This document shows, one piece after another, positions 8,064 through 15,636 of a DNA stretch of 32,000 nt. The first letter of the stretch is position 1. Every line of letters starts with the position of its first letter. The notes below the pieces were generated by a model, which was not told the DNA's origin, searched no databases, and was given only the letters and a program-made list of their open reading frames with translations. A program made the translations under genes and the position numbers. The DNA comes from Candidatus Electrothrix yaqonensis (GTDB lineage: Bacteria; Desulfobacterota; Desulfobulbia; Desulfobulbales; Desulfobulbaceae): the NCBI GenBank assembly GCA_047651235.1, contig CP178758.1:300001-332000 (forward strand), written 5' to 3'.

Positions 8064-9671
8064 TCAGTCAACCATATCAGCCGCATCTGACAGGTCATCC
8101 CCTAACGTATCCAGGAAGTCCTTATCTCTGGTTTCCCGGTCTTTCTGTTTCTTTCCGCTGCTGTACTTATCGTTGAGCCAGTAGCCTTTTTTGACGCTGC
8201 CGTTGGCAAAGACCAGAACGCCTTTGCCGTTCTTCCGGTCATTTTCCCATTTGCCGGTATATTTGTCCTTGTCCAGGTCCGTGTAGCTCCCGGTGCCGTG
8301 CCGTTTTCCGTTCTCCCATTCACCCTTGTACACAGCCCCGTCCGCATAGGTGCAGATGCCCCGGCCATGTCGGGTGTCGTTCAGCCATTCACCTTTATAT
8401 GTGCCGCCGTCAGGATAGGTGCAGGTTCCATTCCCGTGTTTTTTATCTCGTTGCCATTCTCCTGTATAGACTGTTCCATCGGGAAAAGAAAGGGTTCCTT
8501 TGCCCTGCATAAAGCCGTTTTTCCACTCGCCTTCGTATTTCGTGCCGTCAGGCATAGTTAACGTGCCTGTGCCTTCCATATCCCCTTTCACCCACTGACC
8601 GGAATAGCAGTTGCCGGAAAGAAAGATGAATTCCCCGGTACCATGCCGTTTATTTTCCTGAAAGCCCCCCTCATACCGTTCTCCCTCAGCAGAAGAGTAG
8701 ATCCCCTCCCCATGCATCTGATCGTCCTGCCAGTCACCGGTGTATTTGCTGCCTTTCGCCGTAGTATAGGTGCCGGTGCCGTATTTTTTATCATCGCCCC
8801 ATTCACCGATATACTGATCTCCTTCTGAGTACATGAAGGTACCGTAGCCGTCTTTTGCATCCTCGTGCCATTCTCCGCTGTAGCTGCTGCCGTCGGGATA
8901 GGTATAGGTGCCTTTGCCATGGCGCATATCCTTCTGCCACTCGCCTTCGTATTTGGCACCGTCCGCATAAACAAGGGTTCCCGGTCCGTGCTTTTTGCCG
9001 TTTTTCCATCCGCCGGTGTAGGAAGCGCCGGAGGGATACGTGTAGGTGCCCTGGCCGCAGCGTCTGTCCTGCTCCCACTGCCCGATATATTTGGTTCCGT
9101 CAGGATGGGTGTATACGCCGTGACCGTGCCGCTGCCCGTGTTCAAAGGCGCCGAAGTATTTGCCGCCGTCCGGGAAAAGCACAGTCCCCTGACCATGCTG
9201 GCGGTCGTTCTGCCAGCTGCCGATATACTTTCTGCCGTTGCTCAGGGTCAGAGTGCCTTGTCCGTGCCGCTGGTTATCCTGCCATGATCCTTCATGAATT
9301 GACCCGTTCGGCCAGGTCAGAGTTCCATCTCCCTCCCGTCTGTTCTCCCGCCACTGCCCCTGGTAGACGGTGCCGTCCGGCATGGTTAAGGTGCCTTGGC
9401 CGTGCCGCTGATCATTTTTCCAGTCACCGTAATATTCCCCGGCCCCCTTGATGCATCCCAGCCCTTGCCGTTTGCCGTTGTTCCATTCGCCTGCAAAACT
9501 GCCGCCGTTGGCATCAAAATAGGTACCCTGGCCGTGTCGTTGGTCATTCACCCATTCACCTTCATACTGGCACCCATCAGGATAGATGCACAGCCCGCGA
9601 CCGTGCCGCTTTCCGTCCGACAACTCACCGATATACTCTTCGCTGCTCGGATGAATACTTTTCTCAGCCAT
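8064..9671 (-). CDS. MORN-repeat protein (21 consecutive 23-aa repeats plus a partial one)
   Basis: 535-aa ORF. The unit Y-x-G-x-W-x-x-x-x-x-H-G-x-G-x-x-x-x-x-x-G-x-x is iterated from about aa 13 to about aa 505. The tail is charged (KKQKDRETRDKDF..). AAAGGA SD lies upstream of ATG 9671. Confidence 0.9.
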   Translation of the reverse strand: MAEKSIHPSSEEYIGELSDGKRHGRGLCIYPDGCQYEGEWVNDQRHGQGTYFDANGGSFAGEWNNGKRQGLGCIKGAGEYYGDWKNDQRHGQGTLTMPDGTVYQGQWRENRREGDGTLTWPNGSIHEGSWQDNQRHGQGTLTLSNGRKYIGSWQNDRQHGQGTVLFPDGGKYFGAFEHGQRHGHGVYTHPDGTKYIGQWEQDRRCGQGTYTYPSGASYTGGWKNGKKHGPGTLVYADGAKYEGEWQKDMRHGKGTYTYPDGSSYSGEWHEDAKDGYGTFMYSEGDQYIGEWGDDKKYGTGTYTTAKGSKYTGDWQDDQMHGEGIYSSAEGERYEGGFQENKRHGTGEFIFLSGNCYSGQWVKGDMEGTGTLTMPDGTKYEGEWKNGFMQGKGTLSFPDGTVYTGEWQRDKKHGNGTCTYPDGGTYKGEWLNDTRHGRGICTYADGAVYKGEWENGKRHGTGSYTDLDKDKYTGKWENDRKNGKGVLVFANGSVKKGYWLNDKYSSGKKQKDRETRDKDFLDTLGDDLSDAADMVD

Positions 9672-9676
9672 ATCAT

Positions 9677-9710
9677 GCGTCCTTTCGTTGGTGGCGTCCT
9701 TTCGTTGGTG
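9677..9710. repeat. perfect 17-bp tandem duplication in the MORN gene 5' leader
   Basis: GCGTCCTTTCGTTGGTG occurs at 9677-9693 and again at 9694-9710. On the coding (minus) strand each copy reads CACCAACGAAAGGACGC, so the SD-like GAAAGGA is present twice. Confidence 0.9.
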
Positions 9711-9773
9711 ATCAGATGAGGAGGATACAAAGGGATGTATACGTTTCGTCAGTCATTTTTCATGTTTTTCAGT

Positions 9774-11636
9774 TTATTCAGAAACGGATTCCGGATGCAG
9801 CTGGGCATACAGGGACTCAGCTGTTTTCCTGCCGATCCCCGGCACAGCCGTCAGCTCATCAACTGTAGCGGCCGCAATCCGCCGATAACTTCCCAGTGTT
9901 TTCAGCAGCACCTTCTTCCTTTTTTTTCCCACGCCGTGCAGCCTGTCAAGTCCTGAATGCAGGGCAGCTCTGCTGCGCAGCCTACGGTGCAGGGTTATGC
10001 CGAAGCGGTGTGCCTCATCGCGGACCCGCATCAGATAGAGCAGGGCAGGGGAGTGACCCGGCAGCAGCACCGGATCTTTCCGGCCCGGCCGGAAGAGCTT
10101 TTCTCCTTCCTCCTGTTTTTCCTTGGCAATGGCCACCAGATCAATCTGATCGAGCAGGCCGGAGCGGGCCAGGACATTGACGGCAATGTTCAGCTGCCCC
10201 TTGCCGCCATCCAGCAGGAGCATATCCGGCAGGTTCTCCTTTTCCTGGCCGATTTTCATACGGCGGCCCAGTACCTCCTCCATCATGGCATAGTCGTCCG
10301 GCTCATCCTTCCGGCGAATGCGATAATGGCGGAACCGGGACGGCTCTTTGTCGCCGCAGACAAAGCAGACCAGCGACCCGACGGCCTGTTTGCCTGCCAG
10401 GTTGGAGATATCCAGACATTCAATGGTCTCCGGCCGGTTGCGGAGCTTGAGAATCCTCTGCAGAGAACCGGCCAAGGTGTCCCAGGATTGCTGCTTTTTC
10501 TGCTGTTCGGAAAAGATCTGCGCAGCATTGTCTGCTGCCATCTGCATGAGCTGCATCCGTCTGCCCCGCTGCGGCACATGGACACGCACCGGGCCCTGGC
10601 GGAGTTCGGCAAGCCGTTCCTGCATCAGGTACTGATCTTCCGGCGCAAGCGGCAGGAGCAGTTCGCGGGGCGGCTGACGTTGCTCAGAGTAATACTGCAG
10701 AATGGTCTCCCGCAGGATACGGTTATCTTCTCCGAGAGGATCAGTAAGAAAAAAGGTCTGGGCACCGTTGATCATACCTGCCCGGACAAAAAGGACGGCA
10801 ATACCCACCGAAGCATCTTCTCTGGCCATCCCGAAGATATCCTGATCCAGCTGATGCTCGGCAACGACGGTCTGCCGTTCCAGGGTTTTGCTCAGCCCGT
10901 TGATCTGATCCCGGTACACAGCTGCCTGTTCAAAGGCCAGTTCTACGGCAGCAGCCTGCATTTTTTCCTGCAGCCGCTCAAGCACCTGCCTGCTTTTTCC
11001 CTTCAGAAGCAGCAGAACCTCCTCGACCATCCGCTGGTATTCCGCCTGATCCACCAGACCGCAACAGGGACCGAGGCAGCGTTTCATCTGAAAGTTGAGG
11101 CAGGGACGCCCGTGTCTGTGAAGTTTCGGCATGGTCCGGCAGCGGCGCAGGGGAAACAGGGAAAAAAGCAGGTGCAGTGTAGCACGCATGGCCGAGGTGG
11201 AGGTATAGGGGCCGAAGTAGCGGTTGCCGTCCCTGATCCGCCTGCGGGTCACGTACACGCGGGGCCAGTCGTCCTTGACCGTCACCTTGATGAGCGGATA
11301 ATTCTTATCATCCCGCAGGATCACATTATAACGGGGCCGGTACTTTTTAATCAGCGATGCCTCAAGAATCAGGGCCTCTTTTTCCGTGGTGGTCAGGATG
11401 GTTTCCACCCGCCGCACATGGGAGAGCATGACTGCAGTCCTGAAATGGGGCGGACCGGAATAATGGGCATACTGGGCCAGCCGTTTACGCAGGTCTGCGG
11501 CCTTGCCCACATAGAGCACCCCTTTGCTGCCCATCATCTGATAGACACCGGGACTGTGACTGACGGTCTTCAGGTATCCTTCTGACAGAGGAGAAGGAAA
11601 ATTATTTATGCCGGTTGCTGTACTGTCCCTGTCCAT
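9774..11636 (-). CDS. uvrC: excinuclease ABC subunit C
   Basis: 620-aa ORF. It has an N-terminal GIY-YIG block (GVYQMMGSKGVLYVGKAADLRKRLAQY..), a UvrBC-interaction region and a C-terminal (HhH)2-like tail (..LHGVGKKRKKVLLKTLGS..VPGIGRKTAESLY). Confidence 0.95.
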   Translation of the reverse strand: MDRDSTATGINNFPSPLSEGYLKTVSHSPGVYQMMGSKGVLYVGKAADLRKRLAQYAHYSGPPHFRTAVMLSHVRRVETILTTTEKEALILEASLIKKYRPRYNVILRDDKNYPLIKVTVKDDWPRVYVTRRRIRDGNRYFGPYTSTSAMRATLHLLFSLFPLRRCRTMPKLHRHGRPCLNFQMKRCLGPCCGLVDQAEYQRMVEEVLLLLKGKSRQVLERLQEKMQAAAVELAFEQAAVYRDQINGLSKTLERQTVVAEHQLDQDIFGMAREDASVGIAVLFVRAGMINGAQTFFLTDPLGEDNRILRETILQYYSEQRQPPRELLLPLAPEDQYLMQERLAELRQGPVRVHVPQRGRRMQLMQMAADNAAQIFSEQQKKQQSWDTLAGSLQRILKLRNRPETIECLDISNLAGKQAVGSLVCFVCGDKEPSRFRHYRIRRKDEPDDYAMMEEVLGRRMKIGQEKENLPDMLLLDGGKGQLNIAVNVLARSGLLDQIDLVAIAKEKQEEGEKLFRPGRKDPVLLPGHSPALLYLMRVRDEAHRFGITLHRRLRSRAALHSGLDRLHGVGKKRKKVLLKTLGSYRRIAAATVDELTAVPGIGRKTAESLYAQLHPESVSE

Positions 11637-11847
11637 ATGCTGACTGACCGCTGGCTCATATTCTGCTCAGTGAAATTTTGCTTCATTATATATTAAACAT
11701 AGGGGTTACGCAGTTAATATAAACATGGTAACATAGGAGGATGAAGAAAGACAGGGCAGACTGCCCGTCCGAATGATTGCGCAGATTTGCGCACAGCTTC
11801 CTGAAAATACACTCTGCGCTGAGATTCCCTGGAGACAGAAGAATTCC

Positions 11848-12129
11848 ATGAACGAAAAAGCACCACAGCAGCTTCTCAAAAAAGCTGGTCCGGACATTCA
11901 ATATCCCTGTGTCTGGCTCTATAAAATCATCGGTACGGATCGGACAGCCATGCGGGCTATTCCTGCCGAGCAACTCAGCGATGCGCCCTGCTCGCTGTCT
12001 GATTCCCGCTCTTCCAGCAACGGTAAGTATATCAGCATGAACCTGCAGATGAATGTGCACAGTGATGCGCAGCGGGTGGACCTGTACACCCGGCTTGCAG
12101 AACATCCTGCTGTCACAATGGTTTTATGA
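11848..12129 (+). CDS. DUF493 / YbeD-like small protein
   Basis: The pattern matches E. coli YbeD: YPCVWLYKIIG .. SSNGKYISMNL .. LYTRL..VTMVL. The start is taken at MNEKAPQQ (11848), which has GGAGA upstream. The track ORF start at 11773 is a likely over-extension. Confidence 0.8.
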   Translation: MNEKAPQQLLKKAGPDIQYPCVWLYKIIGTDRTAMRAIPAEQLSDAPCSLSDSRSSSNGKYISMNLQMNVHSDAQRVDLYTRLAEHPAVTMVL

Positions 12130-12683
12130 ACAAACCGAAGAATGAACCGAATGAATCGATCAGGGAGACCATGACGGATGCTGTACCCGAATTTGACAGC
12201 AAACTTATTCCGGTTATGCGGCAGGCTGTCACGCTGGTGCAGATGCTCCTCTTCCGGCGTCTGAAAGAAGATCTGCAGCAGCGGCACCAAGACTGGCCGG
12301 AACAGAAGAATATCCGGCTGGCCGGAGCTGTGGTCAACAACCTGTACGGCACAGAGGCAGCTGATCAGCAGGTCAATCTCTTTGCCCGTGAGCACCGCCC
12401 GCTCATTGAGGAGGAACTGCGGCGCCTCCGCAACTGTGCGGAAAAACTTATCCCCCATATTACGGACAGCCTGCGTATGCAGACGATCTGTGACAACCAC
12501 GAAGGAATCCATTCCATTCCAAATCTGCTGCTGGCCAGAGAGGTCGGGCTGCTGGATGAAGAACGGCCTCTGCCGATGCCCTCAACCTTTATGCTGTCCG
12601 TACGGAAACTCGGAGCAGACGCTGGCTTGGTCCGGGTAATGGAAGCTGCCGGAGTGCCCTTCGAGGACGAAAAAAAGGAGTAG
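12126..12683 (+). CDS. hypothetical protein
   Basis: 185-aa ORF. Its ATG overlaps the DUF493 stop (ATGA at 12126-12129), and its stop lies 4 nt before the ispH start. This is operon-style packing. No family recognised. Confidence 0.6.
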   Translation: MNKPKNEPNESIRETMTDAVPEFDSKLIPVMRQAVTLVQMLLFRRLKEDLQQRHQDWPEQKNIRLAGAVVNNLYGTEAADQQVNLFAREHRPLIEEELRRLRNCAEKLIPHITDSLRMQTICDNHEGIHSIPNLLLAREVGLLDEERPLPMPSTFMLSVRKLGADAGLVRVMEAAGVPFEDEKKE

Positions 12684-12687
12684 GCAG

Positions 12688-13605
12688 ATGGAGGTGATTC
12701 TTGCCCGACCGCGCGGTTTCTGCGCCGGGGTGCATCGGGCGATCAATGTGGTCAATAAGGCTCTGGACCTGTACGGCCCGCCAGTGTATGTTCTGCACGA
12801 AATCGTGCATAATACCCATGTGATCAATGGATTGGCAAAAAAAGGGGCTGTATTTGTCGAGGAATTGGAGGAGATCCCGACCGGTTCAGTGACCATTTTC
12901 AGTGCCCACGGGGTTTCCCTGGCAGTCACGGAGCAGGCTCTGCGTCTGGGCCTCCGCACCATTGATGCCACCTGTCCTCTAGTCTCCAAAGTGCACCGAC
13001 GGGTCAGTCATCTGGATGACATCAATTATGATATCATCGTGATCGGCCATAAAGGACACCCGGAGGTGGAAGGAACCTGCGGCCATGCTTCCGGGCCGGT
13101 GCATGTGGTCTCTTCACCGGAAGAAGTGCAGAATATTCAGGTGGACGACCCGAAGAAAGTAGGGTATGTGACCCAGACAACGCTGAGCATCGACGATACA
13201 GCGGAAATGCTGGCAGTTCTGCAGAAGCAGTTTCCTGAGATTAGCGAACCCTCCCGAACAGATATCTGTTTTGCCACCACCAACCGCCAGGCCGCTGTCC
13301 GGGAGCTGAGCTGTTTGGTGGAGCTGCTGCTGGTGGTCGGCTCCAAAAACAGCTCCAACTCAAACCGGCTGCGCGAGGTTGCCCGAAAAAACGGGATTCC
13401 GGCCTATCTGATTGACCACGCGGAAGAGATCGATCCGGCTTGGCTGCAGGGGATCAACCGGCTCGGGGTAACAGCCGGGGCCTCTGCCCCTGAATATCTT
13501 GTCACCGACCTGATACGCTGGCTGCAGAACAGGTATCAGACAGTCACTGTCCGGGAAATGGAAGGCGTAGAGGAGTCTGTCTGTTTTCAGCTGCCTGACA
13601 TGTAG
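12688..13605 (+). CDS. ispH: 4-hydroxy-3-methylbut-2-enyl diphosphate reductase
   Basis: 305-aa ORF. It has the canonical N-terminus ..ILARPRGFCAGVHRAI, with further conserved Cys residues at TCPLV and ..DICFATTNRQ. AAGGAG SD precedes the ATG. Confidence 0.95.
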   Translation: MEVILARPRGFCAGVHRAINVVNKALDLYGPPVYVLHEIVHNTHVINGLAKKGAVFVEELEEIPTGSVTIFSAHGVSLAVTEQALRLGLRTIDATCPLVSKVHRRVSHLDDINYDIIVIGHKGHPEVEGTCGHASGPVHVVSSPEEVQNIQVDDPKKVGYVTQTTLSIDDTAEMLAVLQKQFPEISEPSRTDICFATTNRQAAVRELSCLVELLLVVGSKNSSNSNRLREVARKNGIPAYLIDHAEEIDPAWLQGINRLGVTAGASAPEYLVTDLIRWLQNRYQTVTVREMEGVEESVCFQLPDM

Positions 13606-13669
13606 GATGTATAGGGCAACAATATAGGTAGCCTTCTGCTGCCGATGCCTGTCGGAGAGGGGAAAAATA

Positions 13670-13723
13670 ATCGGACGACGACGTTTTTTATGAAGCAAAC
13701 AGGGAGGGCTGTCGCCGTCCGAT
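13670..13723. terminator. long inverted repeat between convergent ispH and the OMP gene (possible bidirectional terminator)
   Basis: ATCGGACGACGAC (13670-13682) pairs with GTCGCCGTCCGAT (13711-13723) at 12/13 positions. A T6 run (13684-13689) lies immediately after the left arm. The loop is about 28 nt, so this is not a textbook terminator. Confidence 0.3.
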
Positions 13724-13752
13724 ACCAATATGACCTGTAGAGAAGGAGCAGC

Positions 13753-14727
13753 TCAGAAAGAATATCCCATTGAAATATATGCCGAGGTCTGCTCACTTTC
13801 CAGCTCCTGATCAATCTTGCCCAAGGGTGTTCCGCGAAGCACCTGATTCTGATCTCCGTCAACAGAAATACTGGTATACTGAGCTCCCAGCTCCACGAAC
13901 CACCACGGCGCAAGATGAAAATTACCCGCCACCTCGAACGTATAGGCCGAACCTTCCATGTCGCCTGTGGATACCTTGGAATAGTAGAGATGCCGCAGTT
14001 CATCTTCAACCGATGCCACCGGTGCAACAGCAAACTTTCCTGCCAGATTGAACACAGGAGTCAGCTGCACGTCGGCACCGAGCAGAAAATACAGCATGGA
14101 AAAGGTAGTATCATAATTGATACTTGTCGTGCCGTTGCCGATGTAGTTAAACTCAGACATACCGGTAGGAGAATACTGCATTTTCAGTTTTCCGTCGTAC
14201 TCAAATTCCTGATGCATATACCCGGCCCCGGTATAAAGATTCCACGGCCCGTTATTCAGGTAGACCCATTCAAAGTCAACATCCGCTATAAAGGCGTCGA
14301 ACTCGCTGATGCTGCTTTCTGAATAGACATCAACCCCTCCTGTGGGAGAGAGCCAGTCTCTGTCGATCAGCGGATCATCCGGTTCATTCAGGCCCTTTTT
14401 CAGAGTTCCGTTTAGACGAAAATACGGTGACAAGGTAAACGCGGTATCAAAGCGGACAAGCAGAACGTCCATCGGCCATTCAAGCTGGCTGAGGGGGAAG
14501 TGGACATACTCTGTCGGGCCTTCATTATAGTTTATCTCGCCGCCTATGGAGGAGGTGATATCACCGGACATCTGCTCCAGACCGAGAGATATATCGATCC
14601 TGTCAAGCAGGTAGGGATTTCCTCCCAGGGCCGCCTGCGCTTCATGATGAGTGAACAGCAGACCGGAGCCGACCAATCCGAGGGCCAATCCGCAGGTTAC
14701 CGCTTTTCCGCTTCCCGATTTTCTCAT
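13753..14727 (-). CDS. omptin-like outer-membrane beta-barrel protein
   Basis: The start is taken at MRKSGSGKAV.. (ATG 14727, with AAGGAG 8 nt upstream). A signal peptide ends ..HEAQAA, and the C-terminus is ..MGYSF. From memory, it aligns block by block with E. coli OmpT: IDRDWL vs VDQDWM, YTGAGYMHQEFEY vs LMAGYQESRYSF, and VEDELRH vs DNDEH. Confidence 0.65.
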   Translation of the reverse strand: MRKSGSGKAVTCGLALGLVGSGLLFTHHEAQAALGGNPYLLDRIDISLGLEQMSGDITSSIGGEINYNEGPTEYVHFPLSQLEWPMDVLLVRFDTAFTLSPYFRLNGTLKKGLNEPDDPLIDRDWLSPTGGVDVYSESSISEFDAFIADVDFEWVYLNNGPWNLYTGAGYMHQEFEYDGKLKMQYSPTGMSEFNYIGNGTTSINYDTTFSMLYFLLGADVQLTPVFNLAGKFAVAPVASVEDELRHLYYSKVSTGDMEGSAYTFEVAGNFHLAPWWFVELGAQYTSISVDGDQNQVLRGTPLGKIDQELESEQTSAYISMGYSF

Positions 14728-14801
14728 AGTGTTTTCTCCTTGTTGATTAAGCAGACAGAAATCCCTCCGGGACATATGTATTTTTTTTTACTTCTCTTAT
14801 C

Positions 14802-14830
14802 CATATACTCCTCTTTCGCACTGTGGTCAA
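14802..14830 (-). promoter_or_regulatory. candidate sigma-70 promoter for the omptin-like gene
   Basis: On the minus strand, TTGACC (14830-14825) is followed by a 17-nt spacer and TATATG (14807-14802). This lies about 75 nt upstream of the ATG. Confidence 0.35.
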
Positions 14831-14904
14831 GTATCTGGCGAAAAAATGAGTCGTCAGTATTCAGGCTTCAGCTTCTGCAGGCTGCAGGTCAGGTACGATA
14901 TATT

Positions 14905-15609
14905 CTACAATGAACGCCTGCGGACCAGCGTCAGCACTCTGGGATGACCGGAAAAAGGCAGGGAAAATTCCTTTTTCCCGATACGCTCCCATTTTTCTGC
15001 AATGCCGATTTCTTTCTGCTCTTTCTGCCGCTTCTCCGGGGAGCTGTTCTCTCCGTCATTTCCACTCATCAGAATCACTATGGTATCCTGCGCGGCAATA
15101 TTTTCCACCATAGGGAGAAAAATATCTGCAGAAGCAACAGCCCTGCCGGTGATAAAATGAAACGTAAACTTCTCCTGATCTTCCCGGTGCTGTCCCGGTT
15201 CGATCCGTTTGTCCGTAACCTCAACATTACCGAGCTGCAGGGTTCTGATAATATGCCGTAAAAAAGAAACCCGTTTTTGTCTCGGTTCGGCCAGCGTGAC
15301 ATGCAGCTTTGGCATTGCCGCAGCCAGCACCAGCCCCGGAAACCCGGCACCGGACCCCACATCCAGCAGGGTGGTTCCGGTGCTGCTGGTCTCTTTGCTG
15401 TATTGCGCGATAAGCGGCATCAAAGCCAGAGAATCCAGAAAATGCTTTTCCACGATATCAGCTGCCGTGGTGTCGCGGGCGATCAGGTTGATCCGCCTGC
15501 TCCATTTTTCCAGTTCCCGGCAGTAGCGCAGGAGCTTGTCGGTCCGGTCTTCTGAGAGTCTGAGCGCAAGCCTGTCCAGACCTTTGCGGAAATATCTGCG
15601 GTCACACAT
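14905..15609 (-). CDS. rsmG: 16S rRNA (guanine527-N7)-methyltransferase
   Basis: 234-aa ORF with GidB-family blocks: ..KWSRRINLIA..IVEKHFLDSL.. and LLDVGSGAGFPGLVLA. It has a short Lys/Glu-rich insertion near the C-terminus. Confidence 0.9.
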   Translation of the reverse strand: MCDRRYFRKGLDRLALRLSEDRTDKLLRYCRELEKWSRRINLIARDTTAADIVEKHFLDSLALMPLIAQYSKETSSTGTTLLDVGSGAGFPGLVLAAAMPKLHVTLAEPRQKRVSFLRHIIRTLQLGNVEVTDKRIEPGQHREDQEKFTFHFITGRAVASADIFLPMVENIAAQDTIVILMSGNDGENSSPEKRQKEQKEIGIAEKWERIGKKEFSLPFSGHPRVLTLVRRRSL

Positions 15610-15636
15610 GATAACATTGTATTTTTTGCTTCGAGC

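Noticed and set aside
8064-9671. Possible CRISPR-like or tandem DNA repeat signal from the 69-bp periodicity
   Set aside because: The periodicity is protein-coding (MORN units). The copies are diverged at the DNA level, and there is no repeat-spacer structure.
8102-9719. Several 60-200-aa ORFs on both strands within the MORN gene (for example 8588-9196 minus, 8855-9451 plus)
   Set aside because: They are by-products of the 69-bp periodic GC-rich repeat. Only the 8064-9671 frame gives the regular MORN unit.
9735-9956. 73-aa plus-strand ORF preceded by a strong GAGGAGG SD
   Set aside because: It is antisense to the uvrC 3' end, and its Phe/Ser-rich translation has no motif. The SD-like string is the complement of leader sequence upstream of the MORN gene.
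9957-11585. 542-aa plus-strand ORF, the second longest plus-strand ORF in the track
   Set aside because: It is entirely antisense to uvrC, whose identity is unambiguous. Its translation is low-complexity (Gly/Pro/Arg/Leu rich) with no recognisable motif. This is the typical open antisense frame of GC-rich coding DNA.
11919-12512. 197-aa minus-strand ORF
   Set aside because: It overlaps the recognisable DUF493 gene and the operon-packed plus-strand ORF (ATGA overlap, followed by SD plus ispH). It has no motifs of its own.
15197-15206. tRNA T-arm-like GGTTCGATCC
   Set aside because: It lies inside rsmG coding sequence. The flanking bases cannot form a T-stem or the rest of a cloverleaf.
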